A DNA stretch of 64,000 nt from Candidatus Enteromonas sp. (GCA_034089705.1 JAXDTZ010000013.1:9522-73521); one strand, 5' to 3'. Numbered from the stretch's first letter, positions 33,039 through 45,861 are shown. Made by a program: numbers and translations. The notes: generated from the letters alone by a model not told the origin.

Positions 33039-33656
33039 ATGAAGGCACAAGAATTTCCCTCCTTTCTATGGCGAAAAACCACGAAAAGGAAAAAGCAAAA
33101 ACAAAACAATCGATATCCGTCCTTCCCGAAATCGGTAAACCCCCGTTTATGGTGCTTGCACTTAACGAGAATTGTTTTACAATATCTCGGAATCATGATG
33201 TCGTTTGCTACTCGTTATTGCTCCTGGTCGGAAGAAAAACAAAACCTGTTTCTTCTCGCCATGATCGGCCTTGCCGGTTGCCTCGTTTTGGCGTTTTCGG
33301 CTTTCATCGACAACATCGGCCTGCTCCTTGGCTGGATTTTGGGCACGCTCATCGAGATTTTCTGCTACATCACCATCGTCGCCGGATCCCGCTTCTTGCT
33401 CTCGGGGAACAAGGAAAGCGGAAGCGCGTTTGGCGTTTTGGGGGCGGCCATGGGAATGTTCCGTCTCCTCTTTTACGCGGGAGGCCTTCTCCTCGGGGGA
33501 TTCGCCACCTTCGTTTGGGGCTCCTTAAGCCATGGATATTGTAACGTGTTCACCGTCTTCGCCGGGTATATGCCATTGATGATCGTTTTGCTCATCGGCA
33601 CGGCCATCCGGTTGAAGAAGAACTCCTCTCCGAAGCAGGAGGAACCCCATGAATAG
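33039..33656 (+). CDS. atpI: putative ATP synthase protein I-like small membrane protein
   Basis: Sits immediately upstream of atpB and overlaps it. The C-terminal ~150 aa hold 4 TM segments. A strong RBS, AAAGGAGG, lies 7 nt before the ATG at 33039, giving a basic N-terminal extension. An alternative ATG at 33195 would give a canonical-size AtpI. Confidence 0.45.
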   Translation: MKAQEFPSFLWRKTTKRKKQKQNNRYPSFPKSVNPRLWCLHLTRIVLQYLGIMMSFATRYCSWSEEKQNLFLLAMIGLAGCLVLAFSAFIDNIGLLLGWILGTLIEIFCYITIVAGSRFLLSGNKESGSAFGVLGAAMGMFRLLFYAGGLLLGGFATFVWGSLSHGYCNVFTVFAGYMPLMIVLLIGTAIRLKKNSSPKQEEPHE

Positions 33657-34455
33657 TTGGTTTTTCGCCGGCGATCCCTTGGGGGACATGATTTCTTCCT
33701 TCCAAGATTGGTCGTTCCGCCTTTCCGGACCTGTCATCTGCTCGCTTATGATCATGGGCCTTGTCGCCTTGTTTTTCCTCATCGCCGGCATCCAAGCCCG
33801 CTTCCACGACCCCCTCAAACCCGCCAAAGGGCCCCTCTTCCTCGCGGAATGGCTCTATGAATACATGGAGAAGTGGTCCCGCGATTCGATGGGGAGGAAC
33901 CCCCGCGGATTCGTCGGGTATTTCATGGGCCTCTTCGTCTATCTCTTCCTCGCCTTCATTTGGTCGGTCACCGGCATGCCGTCGGTCATCGATTATTTCG
34001 TGGTCCCCCTCACGCTATCCACGGTGATGTTCTTCCTGATCCAAATCACCGCGATCCGTTACCAAAAATGGGGGTATTTCCACCGCTACATCGAACCGTT
34101 GAAGATTTGGTTGCCCATCAACTTGATCACGGTTTGGACCCCGATTATCTCGACTTCCCTCCGTATGTTCGGCAACGCCCTCGCCGGATCGGTTATCATC
34201 GGGCTCGTCAATTGGGCGACCCGTCAGCTTTCGGCCACGTTGTTCTCCTTTATGGGAGAAGCTGGCCAAATCGTCTTAGGACCCGCGATCATCGGGGTCT
34301 TCAATCTTTATTTCAGCCTTTTCTCCGGGTTTATCCAAACCTTGGTATTCGCTTCCCTCAACGCCGCCTGGATCGGGCAGGAAATGCCCGAAGACGACCC
34401 GATGGGAACCGATCGCCAAGTCACCCGCGGAAAAGATGAAGTGAAAGCCCAGTAG
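33649..34455 (+). CDS. atpB: F0F1 ATP synthase subunit a
   Basis: AGGAGG RBS and a conserved LRMFGNALAG motif with the essential Arg. Multi-pass membrane protein. Confidence 0.9.
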   Translation: MNSWFFAGDPLGDMISSFQDWSFRLSGPVICSLMIMGLVALFFLIAGIQARFHDPLKPAKGPLFLAEWLYEYMEKWSRDSMGRNPRGFVGYFMGLFVYLFLAFIWSVTGMPSVIDYFVVPLTLSTVMFFLIQITAIRYQKWGYFHRYIEPLKIWLPINLITVWTPIISTSLRMFGNALAGSVIIGLVNWATRQLSATLFSFMGEAGQIVLGPAIIGVFNLYFSLFSGFIQTLVFASLNAAWIGQEMPEDDPMGTDRQVTRGKDEVKAQ

Positions 34456-34466
34456 GAGGAATGAAT

Positions 34467-34751
34467 ATGGGAATCCTTTCGAGTTTGGCCGCTTTGGTGG
34501 AAACCGCGGCGAACAACAACCTTGGCCTGATCGCCATCGGCGCCGGCATCGCTATTTTGACCGGCGGCTTTTCGTCTCTTGGCGAATCCTGGATCTGCTG
34601 CCACGCCATTGATGGCATGTCCCGCAATCCGGAAAATCAAAAGAAACTGCAATCCACGATGATTCTTGCGGTCGCTTTGGATGAATCCTGCGCCATCTAC
34701 GCGCTCATCATCGCGATCCTCATCATCTTCATCCTCGGCGCCAAAGCCTAA
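34467..34751 (+). CDS. atpE: F0F1 ATP synthase subunit c
   Basis: Hairpin of two TM helices with the ion-binding carboxylate (ALDESCAIYALI). AGGAGG lies 7 nt before the ATG at 34467. The track's start at 34461 is too close to the RBS. Confidence 0.9.
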   Translation: MGILSSLAALVETAANNNLGLIAIGAGIAILTGGFSSLGESWICCHAIDGMSRNPENQKKLQSTMILAVALDESCAIYALIIAILIIFILGAKA

Positions 34752-35338
34752 TGAAAGCGGGTATCGAACCAATGGATATTCTCTTGTTCGATGCTCTTCG
34801 CTTCCTTGCCTCGGATGCGCCGTTTTCCGATAGTGATTTTATCAACAAAATCTTCCCCAACGGCCTTTGGGATTTGATCATCCAACTCCTGGCCTTCTTG
34901 GTGATGATGGGCGTCGTGATTTTCTTGGGGTATAAACCCATTAAGAAAATGGTGGCCAAGCGCCGCGAATACATCGCGAGCGAAATCTCTTCCGCCGAAG
35001 AGGCCAACCGGGTGGCCCAAAAAGCCGCCGCGTCCGCCGACGCCGTCATCGCGGAAGGAAAGGCTACGGCCCTCCGCATCGTCGAAGAAGCGAAGAAAGA
35101 AGGGGAAACCGCCCGTTCCGCCATCATCGCTGAGGCGGAAAAAGAAGCCGCGGAACGCAAAAAAGCCGCGGACGCCGACATCGCCCTTGCCCGGGAAAAA
35201 TCCCTGCAAGAGGTCCGAAGCGAAATCGTCGGGGTCGCCCTCGCCGCCAGCGAAGCCGTTCTTCGCCGCGAGGTGAACGAAAAAGACAACGACGCGCTCA
35301 TCGCCCAATTCGTCGACGGGCTAGGTGAAGGGAAATAA
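34751..35338 (+). CDS. atpF: F0F1 ATP synthase subunit b
   Basis: One TM helix followed by a long Ala/Glu/Lys-rich coiled coil. TAATG overlap with atpE. Confidence 0.85.
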   Translation: MKAGIEPMDILLFDALRFLASDAPFSDSDFINKIFPNGLWDLIIQLLAFLVMMGVVIFLGYKPIKKMVAKRREYIASEISSAEEANRVAQKAAASADAVIAEGKATALRIVEEAKKEGETARSAIIAEAEKEAAERKKAADADIALAREKSLQEVRSEIVGVALAASEAVLRREVNEKDNDALIAQFVDGLGEGK

Positions 35339-35343
35339 CGAAA

Positions 35344-35871
35344 ATGAATGAGCTGCACCGAGGATACGCGCAAGCCCTTTTTGAGCTGAGCGCCCCAAGC
35401 GACGCGGAAGTCATTGCGAACTGCATGAAAGACGTCCAAGAGGCCTTTGCCTCCTGCGAAGACCTGCGGCGCCTCCTTTGTTCGCCTTCTTTTTCGGTGC
35501 AGGAAAAAGACGAGGCCATCGCCTCGGTATTCCCCCAATTTGGGAAAATCCCCCATTTGCTCCCGTTCTTCCACCTCGTGGGGAAAAACGGGCGCTGGAA
35601 GGATTTGCCCGGGATTTGCGAAGCCTACCTCTCCCTTTATTACGAATGCAAAGGAATCAAAAACGGCATTCTCTATGGGGCGTTCCCGATGAACGATGGG
35701 CAGATCGCCGAAGTGGAAAAGGCCTTGGGAAAGAAACTCTCCTCCCAAGTCGTTCTCCGCTTCGTCCTCGATCCCTCTCTCATCGGCGGAATCAAAGTCG
35801 CCATCGATGGAAAGGTATTCGACGGATCCATCCAAAACAAACTCGCTGAGCTGCGCGCTCAGCTCCGCTAG
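35344..35871 (+). CDS. atpH: F0F1 ATP synthase subunit delta (OSCP)
   Basis: 175 aa with the OSCP-like C-terminal block LIGGIKVAIDGKVFDGSIQNKL, at the canonical operon position. Confidence 0.85.
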   Translation: MNELHRGYAQALFELSAPSDAEVIANCMKDVQEAFASCEDLRRLLCSPSFSVQEKDEAIASVFPQFGKIPHLLPFFHLVGKNGRWKDLPGICEAYLSLYYECKGIKNGILYGAFPMNDGQIAEVEKALGKKLSSQVVLRFVLDPSLIGGIKVAIDGKVFDGSIQNKLAELRAQLR

Positions 35872-35883
35872 GAGGAAAGACAC

Positions 35884-37389
35884 ATGAAAATCGACTCCAA
35901 AGAAATCTCCGCGGTCTTAAAAGCCCAAATCCGCGGCTTCGAGTCCCGCTTGGAAGAAGACGACGTCGGCACGGTCATCACCGTCGGCGACGGAATCGCG
36001 CTTTGCTATGGCTTAGACAAAGCGATGCTCGGCGAACTCTTGGTCTTTCCCCATGACATCATGGGCATGGTCATGAACCTCGACCGCGACGACGTGGGAG
36101 CCGTCCTCCTCGGCTCGGATCGCCTCATCGAAGAAGGCGACACCGTCAAACGCACCCACAAAGTCGTCGAAGTCCCCGTCGGGGATGGTTTGTTAGGCCG
36201 CGTGGTCAACGCCTTGGGCCAACCCATCGACGAAAAAGGCCCCATCTCTTTTACCAAAACCCGCCCCATTGAGCGCATCGCCCCCGGGGTCATGACCCGC
36301 AAATCGGTCGATACCCCCTTGGAAACCGGAATCAAAGCCATCGACGCCATGATCCCGATCGGACGGGGACAACGCGAACTCATCATCGGTGACCGCCAAA
36401 CCGGCAAAACGGCCATCGCCCTCGACACCATCATCAACCAAAAGGGCAAAGGCGTGAAATGCGTCTACGTGGCCATCGGGCAAAAGAATTCCTCCGTCGC
36501 CGTTTTGGTGGAGGAACTCCGCAAGAGGGGATGCCTCGATTACGTCACGATCGTTTCCTCGAGCGCCTCTGAAAGCGCCCCGCTCCAATACATCGCCCCC
36601 TTCGCCGGCATGGCCATGGCGGAAGAATGGATGGAGCAAGGGCAAGACGTCCTCATCGTGTTCGACGATTTGTCGAAGCACGCGGTCGCTTACCGCACCC
36701 TTTCCCTCTTGCTCAAACGCGCCCCGGGCCGGGAAGCCTACCCGGGAGACATTTTCTACCTCCATTCCCGCCTCCTCGAACGCGCTTGCCGGCTTTCGAA
36801 GGATTTCGGAGGGGGTTCCATCACCGCTCTCCCGATCGTGGAAACCCAAGCCGGGGACATCTCCGCTTACATCCCCACCAACGTCATTTCCATCACCGAC
36901 GGGCAAATCTTCTTGCTCACCGATTATTTCGCGGAAGGCCAACGCCCCGCGATCGACTCCGGCTTCTCCGTGAGCCGCGTCGGTTCGGCCGCCCAAATCA
37001 AGGCCATGAAGCAAGTGGCCGGATCGCTTAAAATCGAACTCGCGAGCTATCGCGAAATGCTTTCCTTCTCCCAATTCGGCAGCGATCTCGACGCTTCGAC
37101 GAAGAAGATCCTCGCCCATGGGGCCGTGTTAATGGAAACCTTGAAGCAAAAACAATACGCCCCCTATTCCATGACGCGCCAAATCGTCGAGCTTTTCGCG
37201 GTCAAGCACCGTTTCCTCGACGCCCTTCCCCGCAAAGAAGTCCATCCCTTCCTCGAAGCCATGTACGACTATCTTTCTTCGACCGCCGCTCCTTTGTTAA
37301 GGAAACTCGAAGAAGAAAAGAAATTCAGCCCGGAGTTGGAAGAAGAACTCAAGAAGGCCATTGAGGAGTTCGTCTCCGCGAGGAAATAA
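35884..37389 (+). CDS. atpA: F0F1 ATP synthase subunit alpha
   Basis: P-loop GDRQTGKT and full-length alpha-subunit similarity. Confidence 0.97.
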   Translation: MKIDSKEISAVLKAQIRGFESRLEEDDVGTVITVGDGIALCYGLDKAMLGELLVFPHDIMGMVMNLDRDDVGAVLLGSDRLIEEGDTVKRTHKVVEVPVGDGLLGRVVNALGQPIDEKGPISFTKTRPIERIAPGVMTRKSVDTPLETGIKAIDAMIPIGRGQRELIIGDRQTGKTAIALDTIINQKGKGVKCVYVAIGQKNSSVAVLVEELRKRGCLDYVTIVSSSASESAPLQYIAPFAGMAMAEEWMEQGQDVLIVFDDLSKHAVAYRTLSLLLKRAPGREAYPGDIFYLHSRLLERACRLSKDFGGGSITALPIVETQAGDISAYIPTNVISITDGQIFLLTDYFAEGQRPAIDSGFSVSRVGSAAQIKAMKQVAGSLKIELASYREMLSFSQFGSDLDASTKKILAHGAVLMETLKQKQYAPYSMTRQIVELFAVKHRFLDALPRKEVHPFLEAMYDYLSSTAAPLLRKLEEEKKFSPELEEELKKAIEEFVSARK

Positions 37390-37391
37390 CC

Positions 37392-40080
<2,689 letters not shown>

Positions 40081-40081
40081 A

Positions 40082-40104
40082 ATCGCTACCAAAGCGAATT
40101 TTTT
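40082..40104 (+). terminator. weak terminator-like hairpin after the atp operon
   Basis: A 5-bp stem (tcgct/agcga) followed by a T5 run. This is marginal. Confidence 0.3.
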
Positions 40105-40156
40105 GCTTTTCTTTCCCTTCGATTCGGATACATTATCCCTCGGAGGGTTTTTTCTC

Positions 40157-41386
40157 ATGAATTTCATCTTCGTTTCCCCCAATTTCCCCGAACGTTATTA
40201 CCTTTGGTGCGAAGCGCTCCGCCGACGCGGAGTCAATGTCCTCGGCATCGGGGACACCCCTTATCCCTGCCTGCATGACCGCTGCAAAGCCGCCCTCACG
40301 GAATATTATTACGTCCCCGACATGAACAATTTCACCCTCATGGCCCGGGCGGTGGATTATTTCCAAAAGAAATACGGCCACATCGACGCCCTCGAATCCA
40401 TGAATGAATGGTGGCTCCGGAACGACGCAAAGCTTCGGGCCACGTTTGGGATCGATGGCCTCCATCCCGAAGACATGAACGCCATTCAAGCCAAAAGCGA
40501 CATGAAGGAATACTTCGCCCGCGGAGGGGCCAAAACCATCCGTTACCTCCTGGTGAACGGGAAAGAAGACGAAGGAAAAGCCCGCGAATTCATTCGTAAT
40601 GTCGGCTATCCCGTCTTCGTCAAGCCCAACGTCGGGGTCGGCGCTTCGTCTTCTTACAAAATCCAAGACGAAGAAAGCCTCCGCGCGTTTTTCTCTCGCC
40701 CCTTCTTTGAACCCTACATCATGGAGGAATACATCTCCGGATCCATCGTTTCCTTCGACGGCATCTGCGACGATTCCTCTTCCGTCGTCTTCGCGACCAC
40801 CGACCACTTCCCGACTCCCATCGCCGAAGTCGTGAACGACCGCTTGGATTATTACTATTACGACGCCCCATTCGCCCTCCCCATGGAGGATTTGGATGCC
40901 CAAGAGTTCTATCGCGTTGGGAGCCAAGTCGTGAAGGCGTTTGGAATCCGCAAACGCTTCTTCCACATCGAGTTCTTCGTGCTGAACGAAGACAAAGAAG
41001 GTTTGGGCAAAAAAGGCGACTTCATCGCCTTAGAATGCAATATGCGCGCCCCGGGAGGAGACACCCCCGATCTCATCAATTACGGCAACTCCTGCTCGGT
41101 TTATGACATTTACGCGGACGTTATTTGCTACAACGAAAACCGCCAAAGCGATTACCCGAAGAAGTATTACGCCTTCGCGACCCATCGCCGGGACACCTTG
41201 GCCTACGAACATCCCGAAAGCGAAATCTTCGCCCGCTTTGGCGACCATATCGTTCAACACGGCCGCTACCCCGCCCACCTCGCGGAAGCGATGGCCGATC
41301 GGTATTTTGACGCGCGCTTCGAAACCTTGGAAGAAGGCCTCGCTTTCGACGCCTTCGTCCGCGAAAAAGTCCATTACGACAGATAA
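40157..41386 (+). CDS. ATP-grasp domain protein of unknown substrate
   Basis: GGAGGG RBS 9 nt before the ATG at 40157. ATP-grasp-like blocks are present (GYPVFVKPNVGVGASSSYKI, EEYISG, HIEFF...ALECNMRAPGG). Confidence 0.7.
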   Translation: MNFIFVSPNFPERYYLWCEALRRRGVNVLGIGDTPYPCLHDRCKAALTEYYYVPDMNNFTLMARAVDYFQKKYGHIDALESMNEWWLRNDAKLRATFGIDGLHPEDMNAIQAKSDMKEYFARGGAKTIRYLLVNGKEDEGKAREFIRNVGYPVFVKPNVGVGASSSYKIQDEESLRAFFSRPFFEPYIMEEYISGSIVSFDGICDDSSSVVFATTDHFPTPIAEVVNDRLDYYYYDAPFALPMEDLDAQEFYRVGSQVVKAFGIRKRFFHIEFFVLNEDKEGLGKKGDFIALECNMRAPGGDTPDLINYGNSCSVYDIYADVICYNENRQSDYPKKYYAFATHRRDTLAYEHPESEIFARFGDHIVQHGRYPAHLAEAMADRYFDARFETLEEGLAFDAFVREKVHYDR

Positions 41387-42153
41387 TCTTTTAGCATTTC
41401 TTGCCCTTCCATGGACTCGTAAGGGGCTTTTTCTTCCCCGAAAAACAACGCGCCTTCCTGAAATTCGCCGTAATTCTCTTCAAACCGTTCGTGATCTTCC
41501 TTGCTCCAGTTCGAGGCGTCGAGCACTCCGAATGGCTTTTTCGTTTGGAAGATTCCGGAATTCTGGTAAAAGGAAGGATAAGAGGGATCTTGGCTCGTCG
41601 TGCAATACACCATCTCCCCCTTGGAATGGAATTCGGCAAACGAAGTGAGGGTCGTATACCGGCTCACCGGGGTGTAGTTGACTTTCTCGAATATGGCCTT
41701 GGCGATCTCTTTTTGGTTGAGTCCCGAAAGGGGGATGGGGGAATAGTTTTCCTTGGTCAAAGCCACCGCGCAAGGGGTGCCGTAACGCGGCAACAGGGAA
41801 GAAAGGAAGGGATAATCCTTCTGAAGCGCGAAGATTTCGGTGCGAATACCCTGATCTTGGAGGCAATGGATTTCGAGTTTCGTTTCTTTTACGAACCCCT
41901 TCATGGCCTCTTCGAGGTCCAAACAATGGGAACAAGAGGTAGAAGTCAGGAACAAGAGCGCGGTTTCCCCTCGCTCAAGCAAAGAGGAGATCGTTTCGCT
42001 TTTCCCTTCTAGAAGAAGCGTAGAATAGGAATCCCCATGCGAAGAGGGGTTCCGGTAGATATTCCCCAAATTCGGGGAATAAGAATAGGAAATACCAGAA
42101 GAACAACCTGAGAGAAGGAGCAAGAAAGACAAGGCGAAAGGGCGAAATTTCAT
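41374..42153 (-). CDS. lipoprotein with a thioredoxin-like CxxC motif
   Basis: The internal ATG at 42153 gives MKFRPFALSFLLLLSG|C (signal peptide plus lipobox). A CSHC motif sits in the context LFLTSTSCSHCLD. The upstream extension of the ORF has no signal-peptide logic. Confidence 0.6.
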   Translation of the reverse strand: MKFRPFALSFLLLLSGCSSGISYSYSPNLGNIYRNPSSHGDSYSTLLLEGKSETISSLLERGETALLFLTSTSCSHCLDLEEAMKGFVKETKLEIHCLQDQGIRTEIFALQKDYPFLSSLLPRYGTPCAVALTKENYSPIPLSGLNQKEIAKAIFEKVNYTPVSRYTTLTSFAEFHSKGEMVYCTTSQDPSYPSFYQNSGIFQTKKPFGVLDASNWSKEDHERFEENYGEFQEGALFFGEEKAPYESMEGQEMLKDYLS

Positions 42154-42332
42154 GCCTCCATTATCCGAGGCGCCACTCAATTTGCAAGAAGGGAACGCCG
42201 CGATCCAACAAGGAATGCCCAAAACGCCCCCATTCTTGCCTGGATTCCGGAGAAAAGGAAGCCCTCCGCAAGAAAAGATTGTCGGAGAAGGGCAAGAAGA
42301 GGAAAATATAGGCATATCTTGAGGAACGTCCC

Positions 42333-42869
42333 ATGAATATTCTTCACGCCATTGACCGCACTCGCGTCACTCCCGAGCATTTTATCGCTTGCATCGAAAT
42401 TCCCGCGGGATGCAAAAACAAGTACGAGCTCGACGTCGAAACCGGCGCCCTAATGCTCGACCGCGTCTTGTACACTTCCACCCATTATCCCCAAAACTAC
42501 GGCTTCATCCCGCGCACCTGGTCATTGGATGAAGACCCTTTGGACGTGCTCGTCTTGACCAGCGAATCCATCGTCCCGATGTCCTTGGTCCGTTGCTACC
42601 CGATCGGCATCCTCAAAATGGTCGATTCCGGGGAAGTCGACGAAAAGATCCTCGCCATCTGCGAGAACGACCCCTTTTACAATACCTTCAAATCCCTCGA
42701 GGACGTCCCTCCCCACATTCTGGAGGAAATCACCCATTTCTTCCAACATTACAAAGAACTCGAACACGGGAAAGACACCAAAATCGAGGGGTTCTTTGGG
42801 AAACAGGAAGCGGAACGCGCCATCGCGGAAGCCCGCGCCCGTTACGATGCGAAATTCCCAACCCGTTAA
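42333..42869 (+). CDS. ppa: inorganic pyrophosphatase (family I)
   Basis: 178 aa with family I blocks: IEIPAGCKNKYELD, YPQNYGFIP, DPLDVLVL. Confidence 0.92.
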   Translation: MNILHAIDRTRVTPEHFIACIEIPAGCKNKYELDVETGALMLDRVLYTSTHYPQNYGFIPRTWSLDEDPLDVLVLTSESIVPMSLVRCYPIGILKMVDSGEVDEKILAICENDPFYNTFKSLEDVPPHILEEITHFFQHYKELEHGKDTKIEGFFGKQEAERAIAEARARYDAKFPTR

Positions 42870-43365
42870 TCGAGCCTTCCGCGTCGTTTCCTGGGTTTTG
42901 TTTGGCTTAGGCGCCACGCTCATCATCGTATTCGCGGCGACCCCCGGAGGCATCAGTTCCCAAGAAAGCGGAATCTTCTCTTCCTTCGTGAAGTCCGTTT
43001 TAAATTTCTTTTCTCCGGGAATGATCAACGAATCCAACGAAGATCTCTTCCACGCGATATTACGAAAACTCATCGGGCATTTTGGCTTATTCGGCTTTAC
43101 GGGATTCTTCGGATATTTCGCCTTTTCTTCCACGGTCGCCCATCCCCGTCATGCGTTTTGGTTCCATTTATTGGAAGACCTTTCCGCCGGATTATTGCTG
43201 GGATTTGGCTCCGAAGCCATCCAACTCATCCCCGGATTGTCCCGAAGCGGAGAGTTCGCGGACGTCGGGATCGATCTGTCCGGTTATCTCTTGGGGCTTT
43301 TGCTCGCCGCTCTTATCTGGTATCTCGTCGAAAATGCCAAAAAGAAGAAGCTAACGGCGGAATGA
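42847..43365 (+). CDS. VanZ-like membrane protein
   Basis: TM-rich protein with a VanZ-like block (LRKLIGHFGLFGFTGFF). The ATG at 42847 was chosen. The longer track ORF starts inside ppa. Confidence 0.5.
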   Translation: MRNSQPVNRAFRVVSWVLFGLGATLIIVFAATPGGISSQESGIFSSFVKSVLNFFSPGMINESNEDLFHAILRKLIGHFGLFGFTGFFGYFAFSSTVAHPRHAFWFHLLEDLSAGLLLGFGSEAIQLIPGLSRSGEFADVGIDLSGYLLGLLLAALIWYLVENAKKKKLTAE

Positions 43366-44769
43366 AATCTTCTTCGCGTTTGCGAACGCTTCTTTGATTC
43401 GGCTGGGAATCTCGCGGATGAAGGCGCTTTGATAGGGGCCTAAGACCGCTTGCCCGGGGACATTGCCCCGTTTGACGTATTTATGCGGGGTGTATTGCAC
43501 TTCCCCGTCTTCTTTTTTGCTGGCGAGCAAGGTCAAGCAACAGGCGGTGAACACCTCTTCGTTGCTGGGGTTATCCTTTTGGAGGATGAGATGGGCCCCA
43601 TGGGCGTTTTTGACGTGGAACCATAACCGTTCTTTTTTGGTGGCGTACAAAAAGGAGAGGCAATCGTTTTGAATCGCGTTTTTCCCAAACCAATAGGAGG
43701 TGCCGTCAATCTCCACTTTAAAAGGCAAAGACGCCTTGTCCCCTAGAGGAGACTTCTGGATGATATCGTTTTCTTTTCCCTGCAATTGGAATTCCCCGGC
43801 GAGCTGTTCGAGGGCGGATTCCTCGGAATGGGACAGCGCGTCGAGCAATAACGCATACCGTTCTCGCTCTTTTTCCGCCAAAGCGAGGAATTCTTGGCTT
43901 CGTGCGATCGTGGTTTTGGCTTTCTTGGCCCGCGCGAAAAAAGCTTCCGCGTTCTGAACGAGCGATTTCTTGGGATCGAGGGCCACTTTCGTCCCATAAT
44001 AGTCCATCTCCCCGGTTTCGGGATGCAGGGAATCGAGGTAAGTGAAAATGAACTGGCCGTATTCCCCGTCTTGGAGATGGGCGCTGGCGGCATCGATGTC
44101 TTTGAGGATGTTGCCGATTTTCCGTTCCACCGCCTTCTGCTTGGTCTTCAACGTTTTGACGAGGCTTTGGAAACGGAAATTCTTCCTCGCTTCAAACAAA
44201 GCGCGTTCCTTTTCCTTGGCTTCCAAAAAATAAGCCTCGATATCGAGTTCGGAGGGAATCTCTTTCTTAGCGACGAACGGCGCAGGCAATTCGTATCTCC
44301 CGCCTTTGAGCAAAATCCTCGAATCCGACAGGGAGGAATACCGTTTGGCGATCAAGATGGTATCCGTTTCATCCAGTAGTAAAAGGTTCGCGTGATGGGG
44401 GATGAGCTCTACAATCAAAAAGACGGTTTGCTCTTCGAAAATCTCGTTCGTGGTCCGAAGGGAGAAACGGACGATCCGTTCTCCGGGATACGTCGAAACC
44501 CCCAGGATTCTCGCGTGAGACAATTTGCTGCGGAAATAACTCGAAATCGGGGTGGGCAGGCCCGTGAGGGTCAACGGGGTGTCTAGCAGGGCGACGTAAG
44601 GGTCTCCGCTATCGACGTTGATCAGCAATCGGCCGCTTTTGGAGGTGGCAAAACTCCACGCGTTCTCGGAAATCTGCACGCATTTGGATAGGTATTGCCC
44701 CGCCAAGATCTCATCGAGGCGGTTGGCTAGCAAAGCCAATTGGATGGAAGATAAGGCCATGGGTATCAT
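43351..44769 (-). CDS. rqcH: RqcH / FbpA (NFACT-family ribosome quality control protein), short form
   Basis: NFACT-N-like N-terminus, a central coiled coil and a DUF814/NFACT-R block (WFGKNAIQND...WFHVKNAHGAHLIL). The start is taken at ATG 44769, with 44760 as the alternative. The track's extension to 45537 is antisense to the HD gene. Confidence 0.75.
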   Translation of the reverse strand: MIPMALSSIQLALLANRLDEILAGQYLSKCVQISENAWSFATSKSGRLLINVDSGDPYVALLDTPLTLTGLPTPISSYFRSKLSHARILGVSTYPGERIVRFSLRTTNEIFEEQTVFLIVELIPHHANLLLLDETDTILIAKRYSSLSDSRILLKGGRYELPAPFVAKKEIPSELDIEAYFLEAKEKERALFEARKNFRFQSLVKTLKTKQKAVERKIGNILKDIDAASAHLQDGEYGQFIFTYLDSLHPETGEMDYYGTKVALDPKKSLVQNAEAFFARAKKAKTTIARSQEFLALAEKERERYALLLDALSHSEESALEQLAGEFQLQGKENDIIQKSPLGDKASLPFKVEIDGTSYWFGKNAIQNDCLSFLYATKKERLWFHVKNAHGAHLILQKDNPSNEEVFTACCLTLLASKKEDGEVQYTPHKYVKRGNVPGQAVLGPYQSAFIREIPSRIKEAFANAKKISFRR

Positions 44770-44838
44770 TATGGGGATTGGGGGAACGAATGCAAGTTCC
44801 CTCTTTTCAAACAAGGCCTCCTTTCCTAAAATGGCCTC

Positions 44839-45861
44839 ATGCACAAACCCTATTATTGGAAAGAGCCCATCCCGGATTTCTTGGAAGAAGCGAGGTACCA
44901 ATCTTCCCTTCTTCGCCTGGATGAAGTCGGGATGCATTGCGGTTTGGAATACACCCTGTTCGATTATTTTTCTTCCGTCGCCCCCTATTCCCGTTACGAG
45001 CATTCCTTCGGGGTAGCCCTTTTGGCCTACCATTTCACCCACGACAAGAAGCAGGCGATCGCGGGGCTCTACCACGATTTGGCCACCCCCGTCTTTTCCC
45101 ATGTCGTCGATTTCGTGATGGGGGACCACCTGAAGCAAGAAGCGACAGAACAACCGACCCGTTACCTTATGACCCACGACGCCGAAATCATGGAGTATCT
45201 CAAGAAACAGGGCGTCGAAGTCGAAGAGGTCGTCAATTACCACCTCTACCCCATCTGCGATTGCCCCGCCCCTAAACTCTCCTGCGATCGCCTCGAATAC
45301 ACCTTGTCGAACATTCTGAAATTCCAACTCGGCGATTGCTTTGAGGTCCGCAAATGCCTTCAGGACCTCGAAGTGGGCAAAAACGAATTCGGGGAGGACG
45401 AAATCGTTTTCAACACCCCCGAACTCGCCTCCTATTTCGGCCAACGAATGCTCATCCTCGCCCATCAATACACCCGCAAGGAAGACCGTTACGCGATGGA
45501 AGCCCTCTCCCGATTGCTCAAAGAATGCATTCTCCACGACGTCTTCACCTTCAACGATCTCTACTATTGGGGCGAACCCGACCTCATCGACGCGATCGAA
45601 TGCAGTTCATTCCATTACTCTTGGGCGGTGTACCGTTCCCTCTACCGCGTGGAGGACGTTCGCCTCGAGGATCCCCAAGCCCTGTTCACCCAAGCGATCC
45701 CCACGAAGAAGCGTTACATCGATCCCTACGTGAAAGGGAAGGGGAGATTGTCCCAAATCGATCCCGAGTTCGGAAAGAAACTCCAGGAATTCCTCCAACA
45801 GGATTTCCAAGAAGAACTCACCGGTTATTCCTCTTCTTTGCGCCCCTCCATTTACCGGTAA
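44839..45861 (+). CDS. HD-domain phosphohydrolase
   Basis: HD motif context YEHSFGVALLAY...AGLYHDLATPVFSH. Length 340 aa. Confidence 0.7.
   Translation: MHKPYYWKEPIPDFLEEARYQSSLLRLDEVGMHCGLEYTLFDYFSSVAPYSRYEHSFGVALLAYHFTHDKKQAIAGLYHDLATPVFSHVVDFVMGDHLKQEATEQPTRYLMTHDAEIMEYLKKQGVEVEEVVNYHLYPICDCPAPKLSCDRLEYTLSNILKFQLGDCFEVRKCLQDLEVGKNEFGEDEIVFNTPELASYFGQRMLILAHQYTRKEDRYAMEALSRLLKECILHDVFTFNDLYYWGEPDLIDAIECSSFHYSWAVYRSLYRVEDVRLEDPQALFTQAIPTKKRYIDPYVKGKGRLSQIDPEFGKKLQEFLQQDFQEELTGYSSSLRPSIYR

Noticed and set aside
44770-45537. N-terminal extension that makes the RqcH ORF 728 aa long
   Set aside because: The extension runs antisense through the HD-domain gene and the intergenic region. It has non-protein-like composition, and the RqcH homology begins only at MALSSIQ...
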